DNA of 64,000 bases. It comes from the human T2T-CHM13v2.0 reference genome, Homo sapiens. Positions within the stretch are counted from its first letter, which is position 1. The number at the start of each line of letters is the position of its first letter. This document shows positions 32,511 to 46,669 of this stretch, one piece after another. The notes below the pieces were generated by a model, which saw nothing but the letters and a program-made list of their open reading frames with translations, was not told where the DNA came from and did no database searches. Both the position numbers and the translations under genes were made by a program. The stretch is from the NCBI RefSeq assembly GCF_009914755.1, contig NC_060925.1; one strand, written 5' to 3'.

Positions 32511-33904
32511 TTTGAAATGAGGTTGTAAAATGATGTCTTTTGAAAAACAAATCAGTGAAGGAGAAAAAGCAAAAAGAATTCATATTAATCTATGTTAAAG
32601 TCAGTAATCTTAAAAACTATCTGAGGGAAAAACTGAATATTTATTGGTGTTAATAGATTAGGCTAGAATTAACTTTATTAATTTCTTAAATTTAATATTA
32701 AGTTGTAATACTTTGGCATTTGTTTAAAGATTAGGTTTCAGAGAATAACTCTTCCAGCTACCACCTTATTGTAATCCTTTTTGTTCCCCAGTTTATTGAG
32801 CAGATTTTGGTCAGTGTCTACTCTGTGCAAAGATACGCTGCTAGTGCTGTTGAGGCTTTTGAGACCCTGATAAGATAGCTTTCTTACCTTTAAAAAGCTC
32901 ACTGCCTTAAGACTATGAAAATGGTACACAGTGTTTGTAAGGCATTAATTAAAACATTCTTGCCTAACTAGTATTAAAATTACCAGGTGACTTTACTAGC
33001 CAATGTTTTAGATTCATACCATGCAATTCCAATTAAATTGATCCTCTGTAATAAATTATGTCATCTTCATTAAAATGTTCAATAAAGTTAAAGATTTTAG
33101 GGAAATCTAAACCCAGATAGTTTTAGCATCACATGCTTTTTATTTTTATAGCATCTCCTTTTGGGATTAGTGACAGGTTTTAGAATGATAGAATGCTCAC
33201 AGTCATTGTGGGTAATTATATTTCCTGAACTGTAATTATATGTACTCTGAGCTTATAGATAATTCAGCAGGTTTGTTCTTCTAACAGAAGTCCTACTGAA
33301 CTGTATTTTAGTAAAATGTTAGTAATTTTCTACAACCATTACCAAGGAAAGAAACTTGTCTGTAATTGAATATGAATGTCAGAGTTGGAAATGCCTTAGA
33401 GACCCTGTCATTCAAGAACCTCTTTGTACTCTGTGCATGTTGAAGGCTAAGGCCACACAAGGATTAGAACCAGGTCTAGATCGGATTCTCTGACCCATAG
33501 TCAGTATTTATAGAAGCAGCACCTATACTAAAATATGTGCTTAGAATGTTTCGTTTTTGCTGTAGCAGATGAGAAATACTTCTTTATAGTACAAATTCTT
33601 CTGAGGAAACAGTTTCAAGAGCCAAGACTTTTTCCTTTCTCTCTAGTTACCTCCCACAAGAGTAGCAGAAGTAGAATGGGTAAGGTATGTTCACTCTGTC
33701 AGATCTACTAACGAGCTGGTCTATTACAGGCCACCTTTTCACTCTTGCGAACTTCATACCTATCTGCCATTTTTGAAGGATGGCAGTGGATACCCTAAGA
33801 CAGAGCTTTTCTGTCCAAATTTCCACATAAGTACCTGTTTCTTGATTTAAGAAACCAGCTCCTAAGTTGTTTATGCCTGTTGTTAATAACAACACAATAA
33901 CAGT

Positions 33905-34130
33905 AATTAATATTTATTGAGTGCTTGTTCAGTGTTAGGCACTGTTTTAAGCCATTTTCATGTTTTACTTATCACCACAACCCTATGAAGTAGATTATTA
34001 TGATCCCCACTTTCAGATGGAAAACTTGGCATCCAAAAGTTAAGTACCTTATTATCAAGAGTCACACAGGTTCATAGTGATGGAGCGAGAATTTGAATCC
34101 AGGCTGAAGACTTCAGAGTTCATGTTTTCA
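33905..34130 (-). mobile_element. MIR relic
   Basis: ATTTATTGAGTGCTTG...ACAACCCTATGAAGTAG...GTCACACAG...GAATTTGAATCCAGG. Confidence 0.7.
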
Positions 34131-35847
34131 ATCCCCTGTATTTATGTAGCTTAACACATGTTAACTATTTGCATTTATAACACTGAAGTAATGCTGTATC
34201 ATTTTATAAAGGAGGAAAATCCTTGAGAAGCTAAATCACTCAAATGGGATTCAAACCTTCTACTCCTAACTTTTCTAGACCTATGATTTTTACCCTAGTC
34301 ATGTCATAACCACAGAGGAGTCTTAAGTTTATGTTTCTTGTTTTTCGCTGCCTTTTCCTGGTTTATGTCCCTTTTCATTGACCGGTTACTTAATTATGCA
34401 AAAGTATTTATGGATAATTTTTGGTAGAATTTGTGTCCACGTTCTGCCAGATCATTTTTTTACATCTCAGACTCTTCTGCGGCAATTTCTTTCCTTCTGT
34501 ATGTATTCTGTCAGCTGATAGTTATATATCTAACCTATGATTATGGACCCCTCCCGAAAACAAAGGTCATGTCAATGAAATATAACTCTTATGCTGTCGT
34601 CATGAAGACTACTGCTACTTTCACTTTCTAAAACCATGTTCCTTTTTTGGTATTTTTCAATTGAATAGTGTCTTCAAAATGGGTAGATAATGAAAATAAG
34701 GCAAATATAGATGGAGTATGGAGAATTATTATTATTTTACTAACAAGAGAGGGAATGAAAACAAAAGATAGGGAGGACATAACAATCTGTATTTCTATCG
34801 AGGCCTTCTTTTGCTGACTGATAGCCAAAGCACACATGGGTATTTTTTTTAGCTTTTTATGTTTTCATACCTTGCTTTCTGACATATATAGAAAATTTAG
34901 AAACAGTCATCTATTTTATTTTTAAAAATAGACTTTTACTATGTAGGAGTTACCTATACCAAAAACCAATAAAACATTTATTATATCTCCAGATTCGTGG
35001 AATTTAGATATGGGTTATTTTAAAAACTAGGGACAAGAAATAAAAGCCATCATCCTCCTGGGCACATGCATATCATTTTTCCTATATATTTAATTTAACT
35101 TACCACTGCTAAAGTCCATTCATTTTAATACTAGAATGGAAACTCTGAGATCATAAAATTATTTTACTTAAATAATATTTACTATGAAATAAACTACCAA
35201 AACAAGGAAAATGCAGGAAGTAATATAAAACTCTAAAACAAATAGAATTTTATGAGCAATATTCTGATTGAACAGCTTGTATTAATACCAGACACAGATT
35301 TTTATAAAACAGCTAAAAGCGCATCATCCAAGACTGCTGTTAGGACTTTGCATCAGTGTTGTCATTGAAGAACAAAAAACACCAAAATGCTAATCTAAAT
35401 TAAAACAAAAACAGCTTCCTTGTGTGTATTCTGCCTTGGCTCATTGTGGTTCCTATAAGATTAAATCATAAGATAAATCACTGTTTACCATAAGAGAAAG
35501 TGGTCTAAATTAGCATTTAAAGGAGGCAACTAAAAGTTTAGTTTTTAAATAAATATAATTTTTTTTTAATAAATACAAAAGTATTGGCTTCACTGTCACT
35601 TAAAGCAGGGCAAGGAGCCACATTTCTTAAGTAGTAGACTAGCTACGTCAGGAGTAAAGAACTGGTTTTAAAAATACATTTACTGTTATGTTTTCTGAAA
35701 ACATTCTCTTATTTAATATTTTCTCACATATGTTCAGTTTTGAAGCAAAAGATCCATAAATCTATGTTACCTCATAAAACTTTCTGTATATGTTAAAATT
35801 TTCCTAGGCCCCAAGAGAATGTTATAAATTAGTTATAGAATACTTAC

Positions 35848-35957
35848 GTTTAAATTTAAGTCTTTACTTAGTTGTTTTTAGAAGAGAAAAAAAAGTCTTC
35901 TATGCGTTGGGTTAATTTTATTAGTAGCTTTTCTCTTCATAGTTGCTATATTGCCAG
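35848..35957 (-). other. ANGPTL1: ANGPTL1 putative non-coding exon 2 (110 nt)
   Basis: Strong acceptor CTTTCGTTTCTTCTCTCTACTAG and consensus GTAAGTA donor on the minus strand. Confidence 0.75.
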
Positions 35958-37474
35958 CTAGTAGAGAGAAGAAACGAAAGTCAGGATTTGCCTCCTTTCA
36001 GATGGTAAACTCACAGAGGCATTTAACTGGCTGTGTCATGCACTGAAAACAGCATGAGGCAATGAAGTTAAATTTATGAAGCATTCAGGATATGTTAGAT
36101 AAAGAATTTCTAGATTGTGAAATATGTTCTGGGAAGAGACTTGAGAACAATCTAATCCCCTGGATATATTTAAGAAAAGGATAAATAGTTATCTGTGTAA
36201 TTTGGGGTTCAGATTAAATGCCTGCCTTAAGACAGCGTCAGTAAGAACTGAGGCTTAATGAAGTCCTGCACTTCCCATAGCATGCAACAACAAAAAAGAG
36301 AGATGACAGTATTTCAGATCCACTGTTGCTTGGAAATTTTGTTAGAATTTCTTGTAAAATATGTGTTTAACAGAAATCCTGCCAGCATTTACAGTTTTAA
36401 ATCTTTAAGGAAAGGACACAAAAGCAAAGTTGGAAAAAATTTTAGCTTTACCATTATTTGCTTGTTCAAGATTCTTAACCATTAATATCTTTAATTTTTA
36501 CAAGGCTAAAGGAGCCCCAAATCTAACAAACTTAAGTGTCTTTGGTTTAAGGCATACTATTGGTAACGAGTAATTTTATCTTTAATAGTTTTTATAATGC
36601 ATGTAAAAAAAGCTCCCAGATAGAATATTGAAGGAAACCTCTTATGTGTGCTTAACAAAATTATTTCTACCTAAAATATTACATATTTTTGGCCTTTTAG
36701 TCATGAATTTAATTACATCTTCTGGGTTCTTATTTTCTATTGTTAATACCACTTACATAATGCTTTTGTGTGTATATCAATAACTTAGCTTTTCCAAGTG
36801 ATTCCATTTGTAGCAAGTTTAATTTCTGTCATCCAAATTAAATTACTATTACATGTAAGCCTGGAAAGCTATTTAAAATTTTGAGTTGGAACAAGAAATG
36901 CCATAGATTAATCTTAAATCTGTACAAGAATTTCTGCTTAATATTTGGTTATACTGTAATTGAGATTTTGTTGCAAAGACTTTCAACTATTTTTGTATCT
37001 TAGCTTTGTTTTATGACTACACTGAGAAATCCAACAGTTTATGTATATCTTCAGCACACACACTGTGGCTGCAGGAAGAGAAACTAATTGTGTTCACGAC
37101 TATTTAGTTTGTATTCCTTTGTTTTTAATCATTGTGCTGTAAGCCTTATACATTTAATCTGTTACTTGTTAAAATTTCTTTCTACTGTCACTAAAGCACT
37201 TGTTTTCAGAAACCCAGCATGGCATGCATGTATCAGTCTGTAATCATATACACTAAACATCATTAAATTGAACCTCAAATAATGCATTAACCATTGCACA
37301 GTACTTAATGTTTTTATGTCAAGTTGCAAGATAAAACCTTTTTCAGATGAGATAAACTGTAGTATATTCCAAAGGTCTTTGTTTAGTAAAAGATTCTGAA
37401 ATTTCTACTACAAATATAAAATAGTTATGCATTTGCTATACATAATATTTTTAAATAAAAGAAATATTAAATAC

Positions 37475-37790
37475 CTTTTTGTGTCTGTTGATTCAGTGAA
37501 TCCAGAAACTTGCTGCCCTTATTCTTGATTTTAAAAATCAGTGTAGAAGTTTGTTCATCTGTGACTTTAATGGCAGCTGCATTTTTGTTTTGGACCGTTG
37601 AATCCAAGCTGTAAGAAGGAACTTCTTTTTCCTTTTACAATACTAATCAATTGAATTTGACAAGCCACCTATGTAATTTTAAGTAGTATAGTGGAAGTTC
37701 TGGTCTGTGGGCCGTCTTTAATCCAGCAGAGAAAGCGTTGTGGCTTTGCTCTGTCTGCCACATGGAGAAATGCAGTAACCAGCTGCAGCT
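37475..37790 (-). other. ANGPTL1: ANGPTL1 putative first exon (TSS approximate)
   Basis: AAG|GTATTT donor at 37474; repeat-free; promoter-like motifs immediately upstream. Confidence 0.6.
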
Positions 37791-37950
37791 GACCCAGATT
37801 GTATATACAGTACCCCTGAATAGTGATTCCCTCTTTCTCAGTAGACTCAAGTTCAGCCCACATATTACATCACCAAAAATTGCTGGAGACTGGGGGCGGG
37901 AATCTCCTTAGGATTTCCTCTTTGTAGCCTTAAATAGGGGGGTGGGATCA
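37780..37950 (-). promoter_or_regulatory. Putative ANGPTL1 core/proximal promoter
   Basis: TATATA at 37802-37807; double E-box CAGCTGCAGCTG at 37780-37791; GC box GGGGCGGG at 37893-37900 overlapping kB-like GGGAATCTCC at 37898-37907. Motif matches only. Confidence 0.5.
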
Positions 37951-40627
37951 GCAGGAGGTTGAATAGTTTTGAACAAGGAGAGATTGTGTGCAGGTTGAAG
38001 GAAGGGCACCATCTGGAAACAAACTATCATAGTTCAGCGGGCAATTATAAAACAAACATTTTAGTCTGCTGGCCAGAGATCTTTTAAGTTGAATACCGAA
38101 AAAAAAAATAGTGCTCCACTTCACTTAGAAGTAGTTGCAGGCTGATGAGTTTGGTTTTTGTTAACAAAGAACAAGAGCTAGACTTTGTCAGGAGGCAGCC
38201 ACCTAAATAATGTAATAAATACTCTTTATAGCCTAGAAGAATTTGTAAACATTTTACTAAGTTGCTAATGAAGGTTTTAAACTTACAAGAAACTTGATGT
38301 TGTTGTAGTATGTTATGTCTTACTGTGTAATGTGTCTTAAGATAAAACAGCCTTTATATATAATTACCAAACATAAGTGAAATTCTTTCAGATGCTTAAG
38401 ACTTTTAAATATTACATTCTGGTGTTACATAATGTCATATCCTCCTATTCTACAAAATGACCTCTCCTCTCTGTAAAAGGTCATTCTTGTTATTAATTGA
38501 TGTGGTGTGGTTTAAAAACAAACATAACCCTGAACTGAGTAAAAAACAAGGAAGCTCTGACTCTATGCCAGCTATGTGAACTTAGACAAATCACTTTACC
38601 TGCCTCTGGCAAGGTTCTTCTGCTATGAAATAAGGTGGTGGAAGAAATGAATAAGTGTTGAGTACAACTATACTATTGTATTTCATTAATTGAAGAAATG
38701 TTAAATAACTCAGTAGCTGAAGAAACACAAACTTAGGCTTAAGTAACTTAGCTTAGCACTTAAGTACTAAGTAGTGGAACTGGGATTTGAATCTAATGCC
38801 AAAGCATTATGCCACACTCTCTGTCATTGATTACCTAGTTGCTGTAAGCTGCTTCTAGATAAAACTTTTGGGCTTTCTCTACATACCTGTGCTTTCCCTT
38901 CCTTATTGCTGTAGCTTGTGCTGTGTTTCTCTTTCTGTTAGGCCACACTGTTGATCCACATCCTTTATTTAAAGTCTGAGCTTATTTTCTACCTCTTTCA
39001 CAGAATCATTTATTTGAATTCCTATGCCATATATAGGTATACCAGAGGTTGCAAACACAAGGGCCTAGAAAGGCAAATGCTCACAAGAAGAATGGAGCAG
39101 GTAATATAAATCAGTGAAGTAAATCAGTAGTAAGATACTGGAGGGAAATGAAGTTTATGGCAAGTTGGCATCCTTTTGGTTAATTTAAAGGGATCTGCCT
39201 GCACCTTCTCAGCTGTGCTTGTGGCCATGAAGGATTATGAGACAGTGTTGCCAGATCTTCCCATTATTCAGGAAAAAAGAGCCATTTAGATTTTTCCTGT
39301 AATACTTCCTGATTTTAAAAAACATTGGGACAGATGTGCTGCCAGCTTCTGGCCTCTGATTTGTATTATGTATCGTTTCTTGAGCATTCAGTAATTATGT
39401 TGTAGTCACTAATGGCTTAAATCTGGGAAAAATAAGAGATAATAAATTCTTTCTGAGCTTTTAAACTTTCAGCAGTTTGGAGCTTTCTAACTTGAGCACT
39501 TAGTAATATCACTAGCCAGGGTAGGAAATTGGAATGACAGGTATTTAGGGACAGATTATGGTTAGATATGTTAAATTGAAAATGAAAGTCAGGAGCTCAG
39601 TTATATGGAGAGATTTGAAAGTCACCAGCAATTAGGTAGTAGCTAAAGCTATGGAACTAAGATACTAGAGAAAGTACATGTAGAATGTAAAGGAAGGTTA
39701 ATGACAGACCATGATACCAATTTCCAGGAAACCAGCTTACAAGAAACATGAGGAAAAAGAAGAATGGTGGGGGCTTAGGGGGAAGATACGAAAGTTCAAG
39801 GTAGGGAAAACCTGAGAACTAGACGAGAATGGTTACAATACTGCAGAGACATTACATAGGGAGGGGAGACCAAGAGAGATGTTTTAAGACTTAGAATGAG
39901 AAAGTTATTAATGCCATTGCCAAAATAAGTGATACATACAGATTTCAGATTATTTAGTGTGTTGAAGGGTGACTAGATAAAATTTAACTGACAAATTAGT
40001 GTCCACAATACATTAAGAAATTAGAAATCCATAAGAAAAAGACAACCCAAAAGAAAAAATGAACAGAAACATTTATTACATAGAAATATATACGTTTAAC
40101 CTTATTACTAATCAAGGAAATAAAAATTAAGACACAGAGAGATACCATTTTATACTCAGAAGATTGGCAAAATTGAGATGGATAATACCAATTGTTAGCA
40201 CAAATGTGGATCAACAGAAGCTTATATACCGTGAGTGGGAGTATGAATTGATACAGCTTTGAAAAATAATGTGACACCATCTTGTAAAGTTGAATATTAA
40301 TATACTTTAGCACTTGGCAGTTTTGCTCCTAGGCATGTTTGTATATCCTGAAGAAATTTTGTACATGTGTACTGGGAGATGTGTATAAGAATGTCTATAG
40401 CAACATGGTTGGGGGTGGGATGGGAGTAACTCAAAAGTCTATCAAATAAAATGGATGAGTTACAATTGTCACACATTAGCTTGTTCTCATTATAAGGAAT
40501 TACAGCAGCATTTAACAGCGTGGACAAGTCTTAGAAACAAAATAGACGAAGCAACCACAGAAGACCATATTTTTAAATTTTATTTAATAAATGCTTATAA
40601 ATCACTTGGTATGTACTAGACACTTTT

Positions 40628-40740
40628 TTTTTGAGACGGAGTCTTGCTCTGTCACCCAAGCGGGAGTGCAGTGGTACGATCTCGGCTCACTACAAGCTCC
40701 GCCTCCTGGGTTCTCGCCATTCTCCTGCCTCAGCCTCCCA
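40628..40740 (-). mobile_element. 5'-truncated Alu (Y-like right arm)
   Basis: Perfect TSD TACTAGACACTTTT at 40614-40627 and 40741-40754. Confidence 0.9.
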
Positions 40741-41537
40741 TACTAGACACTTTTCTAACATTACAAATACTATTATTTAATCCACACATACAATAAAATA
40801 TGATTTTTAAAGCTCAAAAATAGGCAAAAGTAGGAATACAGACAAATGTCGGGGAAAAAATAAGGGAATGATCTTAAAGTTCAAGGTAATGGTTACTTCT
40901 GGACAGGAAGCAAGGAGATGAAGTAGAGAAGGAACATACAGATAGATGCAACAGTATTGATGATGTCGTAGTTCTTTTTTAAAGTAGTTTACCCCAACAT
41001 ATTAAAATATTAACATGTAACCAATAAAAAAGTTAATAGATATTTTACATTAATTTTTCATGTTAACTCTTCAAAATCTTGTCTATTTTATATTCAAATA
41101 CACCTCAATTCAGAATAGACCCACGAAACAGTAGTCACATGTGGCAAGTGGTTATATTGGACAGCACAGTATAGCGAGTGACTACAGGCGAGTTGTCATC
41201 TGAGTTTAATAAGATGGAAGAATGGCAAGAACTGGCACATTAGTACCCCGCTCAAATCCCACTTCTTCCTTGAAGCTTTCTCTGATCCCATCAGCAAGGA
41301 ATGACATTTTTTTGCACAGAATTCTTATGAAACTCCTGTTTAAACTTTTCTGTGCTACTTTTTTATATCTTCTATTGCTGTTATTGATGTACATATGCCA
41401 ACATCCCCGTGCCATTTCCTTGAGGAATCTTTTAGCTCTCCTTAGGGATGTTGTAGTCATAAGTTGACTGGTCTTTCACAAATGTTTATTATGTTGTTTG
41501 ATAACAACAAGTGTCACATGTGTTGATAATTTTTTCT

Positions 41538-41648
41538 TAGGGCAGGAGTCTCACCATGTTGCCCAGACTGGTCTCAAACTCCTAAGCAGTCTGCCCGCCT
41601 CAGCCTCCCGAAGTGCTGAGATTACAGGCATGAGCCACCGTTCCCGGC
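41538..41648 (-). mobile_element. Alu monomer (FLAM/left arm)
   Basis: Left-arm consensus flanked by ATAATTTTT repeats. Confidence 0.8.
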
Positions 41649-42186
41649 AATAATTTTTGTGAAATCACGATTCTCACACAAATATGAAATGAATATGTGT
41701 CAGAATTTTCATTTAAATTATTAAATTTATAAGGGAATCAAAAATGTGTCAAGGGAGAATTCAAAGTAACACACATATATGCAATCAGGAACGCTGAAGT
41801 AAATTTACAAATAGTTGCAAAATTGGTCATCACTGATTAGATCCCACTGGACATAATTCTTTGGCATGTTTATGGACAATAATTTGTATTACCAGTTTTC
41901 AACAGCTGTGCAGAGTTGTAAAATAGCTCAGAAGGACCAAATGGGTGCACTGGAGACAGGATACCCAGTAATCTTTTTTCCCATCTCAAAGTTTTTCACA
42001 ATTTTCCTGACACATGTGTATCAAATATTACATTAAAAATAGAACGAAGAATAAAAGAAGTGTACTATTGTATGTTTCTCTTCCAAGGTGTTTGTTGAAG
42101 GGAGGACAAGGATGTTATCTTGAGGCGTGGGATCAGATTTGAAGGAAGAGTTGCTTAGATTTTGTTTTATAAGTAGGGGAGATTTA

Positions 42187-42495
<309 letters not shown>

Positions 42496-44232
42496 TTAAA
42501 AAAAAATATGTATACTGGCTCTGGGGAAGGAGCCAGTAGGGGTGAATGATAGTAGAGGCAACAGTGGTTGTCTGGAAGGAGGCAGCAACGATTGCATTCA
42601 AAATTACAGTTGAGATTTCGGAAGAAGAGAGAGATGATTCTTCCTCCAAGATTGGGGAAAGTGGGAAGAACCTCAGCTTCATTTGGAACCTCAAGATTCA
42701 TTTGGAGTCATAGGGAAATAAAGTTGAGGTTATCTAAAGAAAAAAAAGTATGATAGGTGACTTAAAGAATACTGTAAAGATTTACTGAGTGGAAAATGAA
42801 TGATACTAGGATGAGTAAAAAGATTGCCATGCCAACCTTTTATGTTAAGCACCTATTGTCAAAACATTGCACAAGATTTTCTTTCTCTTGGAGTGCAAGA
42901 TAGAGCAACTGCCTTAAATGAGTTTGCAGTCTTGAATAGATAAGATATAAATGTAAAAAAAATAAGTAATGAGATTTTGAAGTCATAAAAGTCATTAAGT
43001 GAATAGTAAGCACACATAATGTATGATTTTTTAATAGAATATAAGTAATTTTTTTTTAAATTGGGCTATAAGTGAAACGTCTGAGATCCAGCTGTCACTA
43101 ACAGGTTGCATGGCATTAGACAGGTCCCTTTACTATCTATGTATTTCAGGTTCTTCATCTATAAAAGGAGAGGATTAGACTAGACAGTGTCTGAATTCCT
43201 TTCTTGGAATCTGTGAGAAAACTAGAGAATATTGACACCGAATTAGATAAGCAAAATATAAGATTTGGATAGGCAGAGATAAGTCCAGAAAACATTTTAG
43301 GTATAAGAAAAAGCTGAGTAAAAACAGGGTTTATTTAGAAGGCAGTGGGTATGTCATTTTGGTTGCATTTACCCTGAGAGTACATGAACATGAAGTAATG
43401 GGGTAAAAGTAGGAAGGTATGTTTTTCTTTTCTCTCCAGCTATAGTTGTCTAATACATTTCACATGTGCATTGTGAACTCTCCAGAAATAAACTTAAATA
43501 AGTGACCTTTCATGTTAAGGACTAGTACAACCAAATTTTAGAGGATGTGTTATTTTTGTTGGTACAAAAAGCATGGAGGGTAAGAAATAGTTAACTTCAA
43601 TTTGTAGTCACATGAACCATTTCAGAAATTTATTTGTTGATCTTTAAAATGTAAAACATTTCTACCAGATTGAGATAATTTTCAAAGTAGTTAAGACTCA
43701 AATGATAGCTATCAACTCAAGGCAAGAGAGTAAAAACAAATATTAAATAATTTCCCTATGTCAGTCAGTGGCTGGGCTGCTGGCTAAATTAATATCTTCA
43801 AGTTGTAACACACCTTGGAAAATGGATACTTGCATAGGTTTTAAGTCTGAGGTTCTCAGTTTAAAATAACTCTCCATTATGAAACTAGTCAGAGGCAGAG
43901 CCAATTGAAGAACTCAGCTCCTTTCCATTAATTCCCATATGTGCTGGAGTTTCTAACTCTAGCCTCAAACTATACTTGAAAATGAAATCACAAGAAGACA
44001 TTTACAAAATAGCATATTATTACAAAAAATTGGTATATGTCTGACCCCAACTGTATGGAAAGCTAGGCCCCAGTAACCATATGTTACCCAGGCTTCAGTG
44101 TATTAATAGCAATATATTTTAAATGTAGCGTACAGTGGAATATATCTATAAACAACCCCTTCCCCCCTTTTCTTTGTCATAGTCTCCCAACCTACAACTA
44201 AGAAAACGTTCATTTATCTAATTGTATTTCAG

Positions 44233-44370
44233 GTATCTATTTGTCAGATTTAACATACATCGATTCAGCATACCCATCAACTGGCAGCATTCTAGAAAAT
44301 GAGCAAAGATCAAATTTAATGAATAATATCCTTCGAATAATTTCTGATTTACAGCAGTCTTGTGAATATG
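44233..44370 (+). CDS. RALGPS2: RALGPS2 exon (~9): [46 protein letters not shown]
   Basis: TTTCAG acceptor, GTAAGT donor, 138 nt; completes the RasGEF PYLGxYLxDLxxID motif with exon 153-279. Confidence 0.96.
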
Positions 44371-44673
44371 GTAAGTTTCTAGGGGATAATGCCAAGCCAT
44401 TAAGATTGCTGTAATCCAGTGATTTATTTACACACACTGATGATCACTTTTCACACAGCAGGGGACATCAATTTCTTATTTCCATTCTAATGTAAAGGAA
44501 AATAATGCTTGTTTTATTTTGCCATTTACTATGTAGCATCCTGTTTAAGATCTTGCTTTTAAGGAATTTAAGTATTTAATATTTAAAATTTTTATTTTTA
44601 TATTTTGCTTTTCTGCTATTTTGCAGCAACTTTCTCACAGCACAAAGGCACTAAGTATTTAATATTACTACCT

Positions 44674-44719
44674 CACAGCTATTTGGCCCTTTATAGCACA
44701 GCTATTTGGCCCTTTATAG
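44674..44719. repeat. Perfect 23-bp tandem duplication CACAGCTATTTGGCCCTTTATAG x2
   Basis: Two identical adjacent copies. Confidence 0.95.
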
Positions 44720-45636
44720 TTTACAAAGTCATTTTCTAGTCATTTTCTATTATCTCATTTGATCTCCCTGATCTATTATGTAAATCGTTCTTACAGTTTT
44801 CAATTAGGGAAGTATAGCTGAGACCCTTGAGCCTCGTGACAATTGACCAACTTTCTTGAGTCAGACTATCGAGTAAATAGCCAGTTTTTGTCCAACATGT
44901 ATTTTATGGAATGACAAATATAGAAACAGCTACATAAGCCCAAATGATGAGAAAAGGCATTTTTTTTAATGTTTAAATACTTCCAGTTTGATAGGAAATA
45001 AAGTTAGGCTGTTAATACATAATTTTTATGGGTTAAAAAACTGAGTTTTACATTATATGATTACTTCAAGTGAATTTATCTTAAAGCTAACTTTTGCTTC
45101 ATGCATCTATACTTTTTAGAAAACCTCAAAAACTTCCTAAAACTATCAGTGTGGAGATAGAATCTTACTGAAAGTTAAATCAAATAATTCCTTATTTTGT
45201 CCTTTTCTCAGTATTTTAAACATAGCATCAAGTTGTGATGTTAAATTAATCTTGCTTGAAACTTACAAGGGGAGGAGATAAACCACATTTATAAATGGGA
45301 ACCAGGTTTCTTTAAAAGAAAAGTAACTGCCTTCATGTCTTCTGTTTAGTTTAGAATAGTTCTTGATCTTTTTCTGTGAAATTTCTCAAATATATGGGAC
45401 TTTATAATTGGAGCTATTAAAAAAATACAACAATCTATACAAACAATATACAACTGTAATTTTCTAAATTACCTTCAGATTCACATTAAAGTTTATCTCA
45501 GTAATGTCCTTCTAGAGTTAATTTAAATTTTGCTGCCATGTGGCCTTAATTTACCTTTAAGTTATTTTCAGCTTAATTTTTAAAGTTCTGGTTAAGATGT
45601 ACTTTATCAGATAATTATTTATCACCTTTTGCCTAG

Positions 45637-45727
45637 ATATTCCCATGTTGCCTCATGTCCAAAAATATCTCAACTCTGTTCAGTATATAGAAGAACTACA
45701 AAAATTTGTGGAAGACGATAATTACAA
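45637..45727 (+). CDS. RALGPS2: RALGPS2 exon (~10): [31 protein letters not shown]
   Basis: CCTAG acceptor, GTAGGT donor, 91 nt, in frame. Confidence 0.94.
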
Positions 45728-46245
45728 GTAGGTTGGATCTTCAAAAGTGGTTTGTATAACTTTGTCCTGTCCTCCACCTTTCTATCCCTATGTATTTAAA
45801 CATCTAAATCCTACATGGTATCATACAAAGGACTAATCCAGTGGTTTACAGCAGTAAAGGTACTAACATGTATTACTTCTTAATCACTTGTTATGATTGA
45901 GCCAATATACAAATACCTCATCTGTTCTTTTTAATATTTTATCTCTGTTTGTAGAGAGCTAACGTTTGATAGTTCTAATTTAAATTTCTTCCTTTCCCCC
46001 ATATTCAATCATTGAATCCTTATAGAATTTGTCTTTTAATAGACAGAAAAATTAATGAAACTTTTTAAAATAGAAAAATTACTCTTCTTTAATGCTAAGT
46101 ATTGACACATCGTTGTTTGTTTTTCATTGTTTTTGCGGATTGAGAGACTTGGTCCATCTTGTCTCAGGAGAAGAAACCTTTCTCCAATGTAGCAGAATTA
46201 TCCTCTTCCCTGTATTATAGCAAGTTCTTTATTAAAGATTTTTGA

Positions 46246-46669
<424 letters not shown>

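Noticed and set aside
31885-32520. + strand ORFs of 75-128 aa overlapping the ANGPTL1 first coding exon
   Set aside because: Antisense shadow ORFs of a real coding exon, with no independent exon signals.
37928-37938. CArG-like CCTTAAATAGG near the ANGPTL1 promoter
   Set aside because: It has seven A/T between CC and GG, so it does not match the CC(A/T)6GG consensus.
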